A DNA stretch of 64,000 nucleotides from Hydrurus foetidus (GCA_900617105.1 UYFQ01000001.1:1426001-1490000); one strand, 5' to 3'; shown: positions 39,222-50,433, numbered from the stretch's first letter. Notes: generated from the sequence alone by a model not told the origin. Numbers and translations are program-made.

Positions 39222-39926
39222 TTATGCCTTTGCTTTGGTGATCGAATACCACGCGCCGGGCGGGATGCCGCGAGTGAGATCGCGCCCTTGCTTGAGGTCG
39301 GACAAAAACTCGAGCGCCTCGTGATGGAGATTCGCATTGCGCAAGCAGTTGCGAGCATCAATCAAAACATCTTGCGCGGCCTGCCATTCGGCAATTTCAG
39401 CGCGTGAGATGGAGCTATCAAAGCGTTTCATCGTCGCAAACGCGGCGGAAAGAGTCGGCTGATCGACGATGCCGGCGAGCGTCTCGTCAATCTCGTCCTT
39501 CTTCGCCTTTTCATCAGCGGCCTCCATCTCCATCTCGGCTTTTTGAGCGTCGATGAAATCCCTCATGTTCACGAGCGTCGCGCGGGATTTGGCAAGCTTT
39601 GCTTTAAGCTCTTCGATGTCTTGCCGCATTTTCTGAATTCCGGCAAGCTTTGTTGTCGCCTCGGCTATGGCAGCTTCGGTCCTGGCAAGTTCTTTTTCCG
39701 TCATCAAGCAAGAGTCGGTGGCGGCCTGGTTGCCGACAAGGCTGCTTTTGCGCACGGCTTCGCACCACTGCTCCAAACGATCGCGGGCTTCAAGGGCTAC
39801 GGTCCACTGTTTGCTCTCTGGATTCCACTTCGCCTTCGGAAAATTGATCCGCAAGTCGTCCTTAGCAGCAAAGGGTATGAGCACAAAAAGCGCGCCGTTT
39901 CTTTCTTCAATTTTTAGCATTCCCAT
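39222..39926 (-). CDS. Coiled-coil protein with N-terminal DUF5710-like motif
   Basis: IPFAAKDDLR..FPKAKWNPESKQW; GGAG RBS; element-type promoter at 40051-40094. Confidence 0.7.
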   Translation of the reverse strand: MGMLKIEERNGALFVLIPFAAKDDLRINFPKAKWNPESKQWTVALEARDRLEQWCEAVRKSSLVGNQAATDSCLMTEKELARTEAAIAEATTKLAGIQKMRQDIEELKAKLAKSRATLVNMRDFIDAQKAEMEMEAADEKAKKDEIDETLAGIVDQPTLSAAFATMKRFDSSISRAEIAEWQAAQDVLIDARNCLRNANLHHEALEFLSDLKQGRDLTRGIPPGAWYSITKAKA

Positions 39927-40213
39927 GTCTCCATATCCCCGTTGAAGTTCTGAGCGCGCGCCATGTTTTCGAGGCGAATAGCAGCAATAACCAAAGCTGC
40001 CTCGTTCTCGAATAAGTTCATTGCCTCGTGCCTTTGAAAAACTCAGGGTCACCATCTCAAAGCCCGCTCCGAAAAGCAAGCCGTCAACCGACCGCATGTC
40101 CGAATAGGAGGCGTCAAGACGCTGCGCCCGTCGCCCTAATAAAAGGCCTTAGCGAAGGATCGAATGAAGAATGAAAGAGCCTGCCCAATCGGACGCGCCA
40201 GAGTGGCTCCTGC

Positions 40214-40441
40214 TTACTTTTTTGCGCGAGCCCTGCTCTTTGCTTTGGCGGCCAGCGCAGCCCGCAGCAAGCTCACAACGGTTGCCGACATGCTGCAAGA
40301 TTTCCCCTCTTCGGCTTCGTCGAACTGCTTTTGAATCAAGATGGCGTGTCCGACATCGGCGGGGAGACGAAAGGTGATTGATACGGCGTCAGGGCCAAGC
40401 GTCGCGGGGCGCCCTTTCTTTGCAACTTTTTGGGTTTTCAT
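40214..40441 (-). CDS. Small RHH-like DNA-binding protein
   Basis: KKGRP...SITFRLPADV...SMSATVVSLLRAAL; AAGGAG RBS. Confidence 0.6.
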   Translation of the reverse strand: MKTQKVAKKGRPATLGPDAVSITFRLPADVGHAILIQKQFDEAEEGKSCSMSATVVSLLRAALAAKAKSRARAKK

Positions 40442-40682
40442 GCTGTTCTCCTTTTTGTGGCCGCCACGCAGTCTTTTGCATTGCGAGCTTCACCATTTCT
40501 CGCATTTAAAAATACAAAATGCAAGGCGTAGCAACCACGCAAAAATGGCGGTGGATGTGTATCGGACGGACGGTCGGCTGACGACCGCCTTTGCCGTCGT
40601 GCTTCCTTGATTTTTGCCATTACCAGAGAGATGCTGAGGTGAAGATGGCAAAGCCATTTCATTCACACCTTTGGAGCGCAAC

Positions 40683-41798
40683 ATGGGATTCCTTGATAGC
40701 TACACCAAACTCGTTGACGGGCTCTTTGGAGCAAAGCCCAACGAGCCAATTCGTCTGCGTGACTACGATTATTGGAGCGCCGATTTCATTCAAAGAGATG
40801 CGGACAAGCACGCGAAAAATGCTGCCGCCGCTGCTGGCAAGATGCAGCAGGCCATCGATCGAGGAGATCATGACGCCGCGATGCGCCACCTGGCAAAAGT
40901 TGGCGAAGAGTCTGCAAAATCGGCCTATGCGGCGACAGAGGCCGCAATGGCTCGCGACGAGCAGGGCCGGCAAGAAACCGAGCGTTATCCGCGAGATTTC
41001 GAAACAGGACATCAAAAAGAGCGCGCCCCGCATGCCGCAGTCTCCAGCTTTACAAGGGGCACGGATGTCAAACCGCCTGACCCCATGTATTTGGACATGG
41101 CGATGAATGGGAGCATGGCTGCACAGGCCTTGTATGTCAGGTATGCCGAGCGCTTGGATTTGAAGAATAGGAATGCCGGCATGAAGCTCGAACCAGGCGC
41201 GCCAACGATCAAGCAGCAAATGGTGGCTAAACTGGCTGAATGGAATGCAGCCGGGCCACAAAAGCTTCCCAAGCTCGATCACACCAACGCGCCTCGATTG
41301 CCGAAGCTCAACCTTGGGGAGAAGCCCTATTCCCGCGAGGAGATAACCGCCAATCAAGAAGCATTGTCCAAGTTCACTGCGCAGGCGCGCAAAGAACAGC
41401 TCAACGCCCTCTTCCCGTTCCTTGCTGATTCAGCGAAGCCTAAGACGGCCATCGTCCGCCATAAAGCGGCGGACACGCAAGCATCACAATCGAACCAGCA
41501 AAAGATGGAACCGGTCCAAAAGCAACTTCCTGGGCAGCGGCAAGGCATTTCGCCATCCCAACACGCGCAGCTCAAGCAAGGAGCAGGCGGAGCGCTCTAC
41601 GAACGGGGTGTTCAAGATGTGCAAGAGGCGAAGCGGCGAGCCGATTCCATGTCTCCGCAAGAGCTAGCCAACAGCAAGGAAAAATACAAAGCGGGCGCCG
41701 TCGATCTCACGCTGCTTTTAGCCTCAATGGATCAAGCGCCACTGGTGGCGCAGCAACAAAAGAAAAAGCAGGCAGGCGATCAAGGAATGAGCCTCTAG
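40683..41798 (+). CDS. Hydrophilic hypothetical protein (Q/K/A-rich, ends KKKQAGDQGMSL)
   Basis: GGAG RBS, element-type promoter at 40607-40635, terminator downstream. Confidence 0.75.
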   Translation: MGFLDSYTKLVDGLFGAKPNEPIRLRDYDYWSADFIQRDADKHAKNAAAAAGKMQQAIDRGDHDAAMRHLAKVGEESAKSAYAATEAAMARDEQGRQETERYPRDFETGHQKERAPHAAVSSFTRGTDVKPPDPMYLDMAMNGSMAAQALYVRYAERLDLKNRNAGMKLEPGAPTIKQQMVAKLAEWNAAGPQKLPKLDHTNAPRLPKLNLGEKPYSREEITANQEALSKFTAQARKEQLNALFPFLADSAKPKTAIVRHKAADTQASQSNQQKMEPVQKQLPGQRQGISPSQHAQLKQGAGGALYERGVQDVQEAKRRADSMSPQELANSKEKYKAGAVDLTLLLASMDQAPLVAQQQKKKQAGDQGMSL

Positions 41799-41820
41799 AC
41801 CAGGACTAAGCCGACCACAG

Positions 41821-41845
41821 AAAGCCCGCGGTTGCGGGCTTTTCT
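41821..41845. terminator. Intrinsic terminator between convergent genes
   Basis: aaagcccgc-ggtt-gcgggcttt. Confidence 0.7.
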
Positions 41846-41897
41846 CTTGGTTGGATGGGTAGGCCTTGTTTGGCGCTTGAGCCACCACCAAAGTCCG

Positions 41898-42365
41898 TTA
41901 AAGCCGTGTGCTGGACGCTTGAAATGCCAAGGGTGCTTTGGCTGCTTTGGAGATCGCCACAACATCGTCTGCTATGGCTTTGGCGGTGTTGAAATCGCGA
42001 ATCTGGAATTCAATCATGAAGTCGCCCACGCTGGTCGATGGCTGCTCATGTTGAAAACGGAGCCGTATCCGGGGAGCGTTTCCCCAAAAAAAAGAGACGG
42101 CCGATACAACTTTTTGGCTATCGAACAACTCTTGCACAGTCACAAGGTAATTCCGAAGAGTAAAACCGAAGGTGGACCCGGTAGGCCATACACCCTCCGT
42201 CGACAGGGATTGCTTGAAGTCCGCAAAGTCGATAGCAGCTTGCACGAACGGCCCATTCGGATCGTGCGATTTAATGTGAGTTATATTCGCCCCCACTGCC
42301 TTCATGAGCCATTTGAGGTCTTCAAGGTCCTTGGTTTCGAGTGCTCCCGTATGTGCCGATTTCAT
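41898..42365 (-). CDS. Hypothetical protein
   Basis: ATGA overlap with the upstream gene. Confidence 0.55.
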   Translation of the reverse strand: MKSAHTGALETKDLEDLKWLMKAVGANITHIKSHDPNGPFVQAAIDFADFKQSLSTEGVWPTGSTFGFTLRNYLVTVQELFDSQKVVSAVSFFWGNAPRIRLRFQHEQPSTSVGDFMIEFQIRDFNTAKAIADDVVAISKAAKAPLAFQASSTRL

Positions 42366-42757
42366 AATCGGATCGTTGCCTTTCGGGTGGTTGAAGGGAT
42401 TCGAACGCAACGCTCAAGAGCCTTGCGTTCTCGTGCGATAGATGCTGCGCGCCGAAGCTCCGGGAGGGGTTTTGCCCGCCATGTCCACCGATTTGTTCCG
42501 ATCCGTGCAATCCAAGTGGAACAATCGAACTGGCTGGAGGCCCCTTTGCGGTCCTCATATTTGACTTCTTCAAACTTTTGAAACATTGCCTTCAGGTCGT
42601 CATCGTTTTTCGACCAACGCTGGAACCATTCGTCGCTCAAATTTGGCCCAATGAGGACCTGTTTTTCGGACGCGTCGATGTGTTCAAAGACTTGCTTGGC
42701 GCCCTCCAGAGAGGCTAAGAAGAGGCCCGATTTGAGAGATATGTTCTTGAGTTTCAT
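42362..42757 (-). CDS. Hypothetical protein with ERKAL...IRL C-terminal tail
   Basis: Ends IARERKALERCVRIPSTTRKATIRL; conserved upstream element at 42766-42820. Confidence 0.65.
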   Translation of the reverse strand: MKLKNISLKSGLFLASLEGAKQVFEHIDASEKQVLIGPNLSDEWFQRWSKNDDDLKAMFQKFEEVKYEDRKGASSQFDCSTWIARIGTNRWTWRAKPLPELRRAASIARERKALERCVRIPSTTRKATIRL

Positions 42758-42847
42758 AGAGAAAGAGTGTGACACTGATCGACTTTTGTGTGTAAATAAT
42801 CGATTTACCGGTATGGTTTACAAACACGAAGTCAACGCTTCCAGAAG

Positions 42848-44005
42848 TTAGAGTCCGATTCTCTTGGTCGCAATCGCGGCCCATGCTGCGAACGAGAACG
42901 CCGCACCGATTGCCAGGCATAACAGCGCGGCGCCCTTCCATGGATACTCCGGGGCCTGATGCCCTAAGCCATGAAAGTCGGGCGCGGGCATCGGAAGGAA
43001 CGCGACGAAGACGCCACCTTCTGGCATTGGCACGCTGACCGATTCGCAAAGCAGCCCTATAAAGCCGCATGCGGCCGGAGACTTAGAAATGACTCCCGTT
43101 TTTAGGGCCTTGCCGGCAGAGCTTGGCAAGGGAGCTTGGCTCAGCCAGCCGTCGTATCCCCCTGTTTCGTGTTTAACCTGCCCGTCCCCACCCATGATCA
43201 AGACGGCAGACATGTCGCTTCGCTCGGTTGTCGATACAAGCAGTTTGAAAGTGGAGTCGCCGCGGCCATCGGTCCAAGCAGGCAGACCCGCCTCGAAAAT
43301 CGCCCACGACGTCCCCATTTGCGAGACGCGCAAATCAGCCAAAGAATTCACTGCTTGGTCAATTGCCGCGATGGCTGATGTATCGCGGGAGATCGCGACA
43401 TCCCGAACAAGCATGCAGGCAAAAGATGCAGCCAAGGCGCCGAAGGCCAGAGCGATCGGCAAGCGCATCCTCATCGGATAGGCAAGCGCCAAGGTGGCTA
43501 GGCCAACTGCCAACGCAGACATGGCAATGATGAATCCAGGCCGCGTTCCTTCGATTTGGAAGACTGGCGAGCTGAGAGGGGGAGCCACGACCTCGGCATA
43601 GACTTTGCCGTTGTCCGTTTCCATCGATCGTTGCGCGCGCAACATATCGGGGGCCGGAAGAGTGTTTTTTGCCCCCGTTTCGCTCAAATAGACTTGAAGT
43701 CCATACGCTTTCTCAAACGATGAAACAAGGCCATTCCATTCGGCGCGATCGACCTGCTTTGCAGCGACTGCCATAGATTGCGCCGCCACGCCGAGCTCGT
43801 CTTCCACGCGGGTTTGCGCCGCGCGCTCGCGCGCTGCAAGCCCAGCCAAGGGCGCCTTCTGCGCCTCTGCTTGATCGGCCTCCACGCGTGCTCCAACGAT
43901 GGAATTGAGAAGGAATGAAAAAGTGACGATCACGAAGATCAATGAGGCGAGCGATGCGCGCGATGTGGATCGATTGGTATCAAGCGTTTCATCTGAGGTG
44001 TCCAT
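42848..44005 (-). CDS. Multi-pass membrane protein with extracytoplasmic sensor-like segments
   Basis: Four hydrophobic stretches flanking two soluble domains; AAGGA RBS; element-type promoter at 44033-44061. Confidence 0.65.
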   Translation of the reverse strand: MDTSDETLDTNRSTSRASLASLIFVIVTFSFLLNSIVGARVEADQAEAQKAPLAGLAARERAAQTRVEDELGVAAQSMAVAAKQVDRAEWNGLVSSFEKAYGLQVYLSETGAKNTLPAPDMLRAQRSMETDNGKVYAEVVAPPLSSPVFQIEGTRPGFIIAMSALAVGLATLALAYPMRMRLPIALAFGALAASFACMLVRDVAISRDTSAIAAIDQAVNSLADLRVSQMGTSWAIFEAGLPAWTDGRGDSTFKLLVSTTERSDMSAVLIMGGDGQVKHETGGYDGWLSQAPLPSSAGKALKTGVISKSPAACGFIGLLCESVSVPMPEGGVFVAFLPMPAPDFHGLGHQAPEYPWKGAALLCLAIGAAFSFAAWAAIATKRIGL

Positions 44006-44191
44006 GAATGTCCTTGGGAGTAATCTATGAATAACTTCCCAAAACGGCGCCAAATCCGCAAGTAATTCTTACTTACAAAACGGGTGATCTGCTGGACGGT
44101 CGGTTGCCGATCTAGCGCAGGCTCCACACCAAAGCAAAACCCCTCTTTCAAGGGGTCTTGCAGGATTAGGATTCTTTGCTTGAACGTCGTC

Positions 44192-45475
44192 TTAGCGTTT
44201 TGGTTTAGGCAAAGGTGGATGCTGCGGACTCTGTGTGACGACATCCCCTGGATTGCCCGAAGCCGGGCCGTTCACCCAAAGCGGACCGGTGTTGTAGTTC
44301 TTGGGGATGGGGCCAAGCAGAGCAAAGAATGCTTTGGGATAGATCGCTGTCCATCCTCCGCCATCGAGTGCGCTGAACTTTACGAGCGAAGGATGATTGA
44401 CAAGTTGATCCTCCAGGTCCATGCGTGCCTTATTGGATTCGGATGCAGCAATCATTCTTCGAAACTCTACCGTCACCGATCGGCGCGCCACAGGCAGCGG
44501 CAAGGCATCTGCGCCAGGAATGCCAACCTTGGCGGCAATGTAGTTCCATGGAGCAGCGTATTCATACGCAAAAGGAACGAAATAAGCACCAAAGGCAATG
44601 AGTAGCGTCAAAGCATTCCAACGACCGCGATAGCGGCGTGGGATCACATGTTTTGCAACCACCCTCATGGATTCCGACTTCACAAGGTCACCGTTGCCTC
44701 TGGCTAGGAAACTGAGCACCCCCAAACCAAACAACCCAATGGCAAACGCCTGCGACCACCAATAGGCGAAATAAGCTCCGCCGCCGCTCAATCTGCTCAT
44801 TCCGGCCGCAGCAAGGATCAACGCAAGGGGAAGTGCGGTTTTCTTAATTGAAATTGTGGTCAGTCGCGCCCAAAGAGCTGCGGCCGGAATGAGCAGCAAT
44901 GCAAGGCCAGGATCGGCCATCAAACTCATGAACGCCGATGCGGGCAGCGCCAAAACCGCAACGGCAGAAAACCAAAAATTGCGAATTCGAATGCGCTCAG
45001 CAATCTGCAACATATTGCACTTGACAGACATCGCGCTCCCAAGCGCGACGCGGCGCTCGTTCATCTCAACGCCCACTCTTGCATCTTTGAGTTCGATTTG
45101 ACCCCTCGCGATGCGGGCATCAAGCTCGCCGCTTTCAAAGAGCGCGGCATCGACTTCGTATTCTTTTCTTGCCATCATCTCGGCATGGCTTTCGGAGCCC
45201 ATTCCAAGGAGACCAAAGAAGGCCGGCGCCCCGTCGCGGATTTTTTGGCTTGCAATTTTTGGAGAACCCTGTTCGGACCCATCAAAGCGTGCTCCGTCAA
45301 TCACCGCAACGGGCCGTTCCGCTTCGGCGTTGGCTTTGGCCGATTTTTCCCGCGCCACTTCCATGGCAAACAAGGCGCTCTCAGCCTCTCGCTCTGCCCT
45401 TTGCGCTTCGCTCTCTCCCGTGATTTTGTGGCGCAATTTCGCCAGCAATGATGTGCTTTGTTCTGTTGTGCTCAT
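44192..45475 (-). CDS. Hypothetical multi-pass membrane protein
   Basis: GGAGG RBS; charged N-terminus, about 5 TM helices; element-type promoter at 45503-45546. Confidence 0.7.
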   Translation of the reverse strand: MSTTEQSTSLLAKLRHKITGESEAQRAEREAESALFAMEVAREKSAKANAEAERPVAVIDGARFDGSEQGSPKIASQKIRDGAPAFFGLLGMGSESHAEMMARKEYEVDAALFESGELDARIARGQIELKDARVGVEMNERRVALGSAMSVKCNMLQIAERIRIRNFWFSAVAVLALPASAFMSLMADPGLALLLIPAAALWARLTTISIKKTALPLALILAAAGMSRLSGGGAYFAYWWSQAFAIGLFGLGVLSFLARGNGDLVKSESMRVVAKHVIPRRYRGRWNALTLLIAFGAYFVPFAYEYAAPWNYIAAKVGIPGADALPLPVARRSVTVEFRRMIAASESNKARMDLEDQLVNHPSLVKFSALDGGGWTAIYPKAFFALLGPIPKNYNTGPLWVNGPASGNPGDVVTQSPQHPPLPKPKR

Positions 45476-46528
45476 GGCGACCTCCAAGATGTGGTTAAAG
45501 ACACCATCTCAAAGCACAAGGAACAATGCAAGTCGGTTACCGACCGACCATCGGAGAGGTTTAAAGAGCGACTCAAATGCGCGTCGGCGCCGATTCTTCC
45601 TCTTCTGCTAGGGTCGAGTCTCTTTCGATTGCATTGGCGCGATTAATGAGCACATAGCAACACACAGCGCCCAGAATAGCGAAGGCGGCGCTTGGCGCCA
45701 CTGCATAGGCGGGCGGGAGAAAACCTTGCATGAGCTGACTGAACCCTGCAACAATTGCCATCCCGCAGTTTGCAGTCGCCGTGACGGACGCTCTAGATTC
45801 GGGCTCGGAGAATAGATCAAGAGTCGAATACAGGTTCACATAGGACCCCGACGCAAAGCCCAGAGCCACGAAAATCGCACCCAGCAATAATGGGGAAGTA
45901 GGCGCGGCAAACAGCAAGACAAGCCAAAGCACCGCCGAAGCCAGTGAAGCATCAATGCCGATCGGGCGACGCATATTGCGAGCATCGGCCATCCGACCAA
46001 GAACGGCGCCACCCAAAGCGAAGCCGCCCATCATGGCGGTGGTGAGCCAGCCGATCATCTCGGCGGAAAGTCCCATTCTTGTCCCGAGCATGAAAGCCCC
46101 AAATCCAACAAAAGCGTGAAGCGATCCAGCAAGGCCGCCCATCACGCCGGCCCCAAGATAGACATGGGGCTTTTGAAGAGCGTGGCCGAGCGCTGGAAGC
46201 GCGCGGCGCAAAGCCCCAATGAATGAACTGGGAGAGTCTTTGGGTGATAGAAAAAGAGTGGAAAGCCCTATCGCAACCGCGATGAATGCGGCACCCAAAG
46301 AGGCATCGCGCCACGACACCGATTCAAGAAGAATCGCCAAGGGAATGCCTGCGAGCATGCCTCCCCCGTTGCCGATGGCCATGCCAGTGCCTATGGCTCC
46401 GCGGACGCCATGGTGATAGTTAGCGCGGCACTGCGCAACCATCGACACGAACACGGCCACAGCGCCCATTGCCGTTATGGCTCTTGCGCATGCAAAAGCC
46501 CACGGCGCATCGGCAAAAGCAAATATAA

Positions 46529-47819
46529 GGGCAGTTCTATAAATCGACGTTAACCACCCCAAGCCTTGCCTGGGACGCTAAACATTTCACAATGCGAATT
46601 TGTTTTGTGTTTTTTCGCATTTTTGGTGATTTCGAGGCGCTTCAAGGGGGGTTTTGCCCCCATTTCAGGCCACTTGGCCCATTTTGGGCGTGAGCAGGCG
46701 AGAGAAGCTAAAAACCTTGTTGCGCATGAGTATCTCAATGCGGCTGATGTTGTAGGTGAGGTTCATCAACGCCACGCCCACTTTGGCGCGAGCGAGTCCG
46801 ATGGTGCGCAGGCCCATGCCGCCCATTGTGTTTTCCATGTGCCCAAAGACATGCTCAACGCGAGCGCGTACTTTGGACTTGGTTTTGTTGGTGGCCTTTT
46901 GTTCCTCCGTCAGAGGATGGTTGCGATACGCCCGCTCATGGATGTGGCTGCTGTGTTGGCTGGCCTGGAGCGCCTTTTCCTGCTCCTCTGAGCGGTAGGC
47001 GCTGTCTGCCCACGTGTCTTTGCCACCCTCTTCTGGTGTGCGCAGCACGGTATCAAGCTCTTGGCTGTCGTGAACGCTGGCATCTGTACACGCATGCGCC
47101 GTGATCAGCTTGGTGTCTTTGTCGATGTTGATGTGGTTCTTGTAGCCGTAGTGGCTTTGCCCGCTTTTCTTTGTCCAGCGGGCATCTACGTCTTTGTGCC
47201 GTAGCTTGTTTGCGTTGTCCATCCACTCTTCGGGGGTCTTGCCTGCTTTGAGTTGGGCATTCTCTTCGCGCCCATTGCGCTGGATGGGTACGGGGATAAA
47301 GCTGGCATCTATGATTTGCCCACTTTTGAGTTCCACGCCCATATCCCCTAGCGCTTGGGTCAGCTTGTCCAGCAGGGGCTGCATCAGGTCGCTCTTCTTG
47401 AGCGCTTCGCGAAAGGCCCAGACGGTTCTTGAGTCAGGTACAAGTCCAGCCAACTCCAACCCTAAAAACCGCATGAACGACAGCCGGTCCGTCACTTGGT
47501 ATTCCAAGCGCTCGTCTGAGAGTTGATGCAGGCGCTGGAGCAGCAGCATCTTGAACATCACGATTCGGCAGGTTGGTGGACGTCCTGCTGCGCTTTTGCG
47601 TGGCTTTACATCTATGCGCTCGAGCGTCGTGCGAAACATCTCCCAGTCAATTGCCTCATTCAACCGCTCCAGCGGATCTCCGGCCTCGCTCAACTTCGCG
47701 TACCTCTTGTCGAGGTCAAAAAACTGCTTTGCATCATGGCTTGTGATTAGGAGGCTTCTTAGATAAACGATTTATATCGTTTATGCGTTGACTGGATTTG
47801 GGAATTTATAGGACTGCCC
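46529..47819 (-). mobile_element. IS5-family insertion sequence, 1291 bp
   Basis: 16-bp terminal IRs GGGCAGTTCTATAAAT / ATTTATAGGACTGCCC (15/16 match); 4-bp target duplication ATAA. Confidence 0.93.
46665..47737 (-). CDS. IS5-family DDE transposase with apparent 5' frameshift
   Basis: QIIDAS, DVDARWTKK, YGYKNH, WADSAY, RARVEHVFG; ATG at 47737 is out of frame by one base at a T6 run. Confidence 0.88.
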
Positions 47820-48305
47820 ATAAAGCAGCCAAGGGCCATCGCAAAGCTGCCTGATGCGCTCACTTTTCGCGGACCTGCCGCATCGATCAAAAGACCGACA
47901 GGAATTTGAAAGAGCAAGTAAGCCCAAAAGAAGCAAGACCCGATCATGGATAGGGCTGCGGCATCAAGGCCGATGTCTGCTTGCATGCTTGGGGCGAGCG
48001 CGCCAAACGCTGCTCGGTGGAACATTGCGACGGAATAGGCCGCGCTCATGATGTTGACGGACAATGCGCCCAGTCGAGTGGTATGTTGCATCGGGAGACC
48101 TCGTGTTTTAGTTCTTGTGGAAGCTAAAACAACCCTCTCAAAGGTGCGATCAAGGCGCAAGTCGTCAACCGACCGACTGTCGGAGGAAACGGTAAATATC
48201 AAACGGAAAGTGATTTCTAGCCATGCGAACCACCGCGAGGTCGTGAACCGACCGGAAATGGAAATATTCGACACTGCCAAGCCGCTGCTGGTCCTCTAAG
48301 AAAAA

Positions 48306-48956
48306 TCAGATTCTTGAAACTCTGCGCTTCAAGCACGACATTCCAGGATTGGAGACTTCTTCGAGTGCTTTGCGCTCGATATGGGCGGCATGCCGGCGCA
48401 AGCTCGTCAAGACCGTCTTGCGTTGTCCCTTGATGGCAATGTCCTCGGCGCGCTCGCCACTGCAATTGGTCGCGTCGATTTCACTATGAGGCAGCAAGAC
48501 GTCGACGCAGCCTTCGTTGTCCTGCGAGCACGCCCGCATTAAAGGCGTGTAACCATGCTTGCATGATGCTTTTGCGTCGCTGTGCTCAAGCAAGGCTTTC
48601 ACGCAGGCCGTCCATCCAAAGGCGGCAGCGAACATCAATGCCGTGGTGCCGTCGTAGGTGGCCGCATTGGCATCGCTATGCGGCAGCAACATCGTCAACA
48701 ACTCAATCTGTCCGTGTTCTGCGGCAACCATCAGAGGCGTCTTGCCCTCAAAGTCGCATTCCAATGCGCCGTCACGAGCCAAAAGACTCTTGGCAAGGTC
48801 GTAGTGTCCGTGCTCAATGGCGAACATTAAGTCGGTTCGGCCGTAAAGCCGGTCATTTGAGGGCAAGCCTTTCCATGCCGACGCGACCATGGATTCCGCG
48901 GCGATGTTTTTCACCGCTGATTGGAAGAGTTTGAATACGCCAAAGAGGTTGTTCAT
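48306..48956 (-). CDS. Ankyrin repeat protein with basic C-terminal tail
   Basis: GRTDLMFAI, GKTPLMVAA, GTTALMFAA, GYTPLMRAC; ends IERKALEE...KRRVSRI. Confidence 0.9.
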   Translation of the reverse strand: MNNLFGVFKLFQSAVKNIAAESMVASAWKGLPSNDRLYGRTDLMFAIEHGHYDLAKSLLARDGALECDFEGKTPLMVAAEHGQIELLTMLLPHSDANAATYDGTTALMFAAAFGWTACVKALLEHSDAKASCKHGYTPLMRACSQDNEGCVDVLLPHSEIDATNCSGERAEDIAIKGQRKTVLTSLRRHAAHIERKALEEVSNPGMSCLKRRVSRI

Positions 48957-48967
48957 CGTAGTCCCCG

Positions 48968-49019
48968 TTTTGTAAGTGCTTAATACAAAAACACTCTCAA
49001 AGCCGCTCCTCCACGTCAA
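48968..49019 (-). promoter_or_regulatory. Element-type promoter followed by TTTTGTA-N9-TACAAAA operator
   Basis: TTGACG-17 bp-GAGTGT (49019-48991) abutting perfect 7-bp palindromic arms at 48968-48990. Confidence 0.65.
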
Positions 49020-49226
49020 GCAAAAGGCTTGATGGCTCGACGCGCTTCGGATGGGCGGCAATCAAACGACGCTGAAAATCAAACACGGATCGCTGCCTTG
49101 TCGCGAATCAAAAACCTGCGATCCGCTGGACGGTCGGTTGTCGACCTTGATACTGAGCCCGCCACGTGGGAGAACTTAGAGAACGCCGCGCTACGCCGGT
49201 CCATTCAATAAGTCGGGAGAGAAATC

Positions 49227-50417
49227 ATGAAGAGCGAACCACTTCAAAACAACGGCGGCGATGCTTCGCGCCAACGCACCCATGCGGAAATCCGCTTGCG
49301 CGCGCAAAAGCTATTGGATGAGCAAAACGCGCGTCTCGGATTTGACGCAGCGGCAAGGAAGAAGCGATCAAAGCTCGAAGGAGGCGCGCCCATTGGGGCG
49401 TATGTGTTTGGGTTCTTGGTTTCAGGATTTGTAGCGGTGACCGGAATCTCTGGCTATGCCGAGCTTAAGACAGCGACCGACATGGCGCAAAAGGCGACCG
49501 ATGCTCAAATTCAATCTGAGTCTGCAAGGTCGGTCGCTCTATTAGCCCAGTGGATCGAAGCAAACATGGCTCCGGCTCGCGCAGCAGTCAACTCAACCGA
49601 CCTGCTTGGCATGGACCAAAGCCGGGGTCAAAGATACCTTGTGGACATAGGCAAACAGCAAAGGCAAATTCAGGCTCTTGCTCTCATTTCGCACAACGGT
49701 CAGCAAATAGCCCGAAGCGATGGCAAGCCAACATTGGACAATGCAGACCGATTGTTCTACAAGAAGGGAATAATGGGGCAAGAGGTTTACGACTTTGAGG
49801 TTTCGAAAACCAGCGGACGTCCCGCACTGTTCACAGGAGTTCCCATTGTTTCCGAGGATAAGGTGGTCGGAGTCCTCATGAGCAACTCTGATTTGAGCTC
49901 AGCCACCGACACCATCTTCCCGAAATTCGGAAGGACAGGCGCAAGTGTCCTGGTCGATGCGGACAGCAAAGTTCTATTCGCCGAGGACAAAAAGCTGATC
50001 GGCAAAAAGCTTCCATACCTTGGCTCCGCCGTCGCTCATGACATGAAGATTCCCCGAGCGGTCAGCATGTCAAGAAAGGAACTTGACGACCGTTTCGCCA
50101 TCATTTCGATGATCGACGAAGAAGAAGCCTATGAACCGGTCGCCCGCGTCAAGGATGCCGTGCTCTACAACTTCGGCATCGGCCTGGCTGGCTCGCTTGC
50201 AATCGCGCTCATGCTAGGGTTCATCGCATCGCGCTCCATGCGCGCCATTGCCTCTCTCATTGAAGACGCGAGTCGCGCCGGAAGCGTTGAAAAGCTTGTG
50301 GAAATCGAAAGGGAGCTGGACAAGACGGCCAATGCGTCGGAAGTTCGCATGCTGGTCCGCTCTATCAAGCGTCTCATCTCTTCCATCAAGATCAGCATCC
50401 TCACTCGCAAGGCATAA
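49227..50417 (+). CDS. Cache-domain membrane sensor without evident output domain
   Basis: TM, then DNADRLFYKKG...VSKTSGRPALFTGVPI...VVGVL (Cache-like), TM and a short HAMP-like tail. Confidence 0.75.
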   Translation: MKSEPLQNNGGDASRQRTHAEIRLRAQKLLDEQNARLGFDAAARKKRSKLEGGAPIGAYVFGFLVSGFVAVTGISGYAELKTATDMAQKATDAQIQSESARSVALLAQWIEANMAPARAAVNSTDLLGMDQSRGQRYLVDIGKQQRQIQALALISHNGQQIARSDGKPTLDNADRLFYKKGIMGQEVYDFEVSKTSGRPALFTGVPIVSEDKVVGVLMSNSDLSSATDTIFPKFGRTGASVLVDADSKVLFAEDKKLIGKKLPYLGSAVAHDMKIPRAVSMSRKELDDRFAIISMIDEEEAYEPVARVKDAVLYNFGIGLAGSLAIALMLGFIASRSMRAIASLIEDASRAGSVEKLVEIERELDKTANASEVRMLVRSIKRLISSIKISILTRKA

Positions 50418-50433
50418 AGAAAGGAGACCCACC

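Larger units (their letters stand above)
45573..48091 (-). pseudogene. MFS transporter interrupted by an IS5-family element
   Basis: 48091-47820 joins 46524-45573 in frame (..GCF-IFAFAD.., 407 aa); QIPVGLLIDAAGPRKV MFS motif A. Confidence 0.88.
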
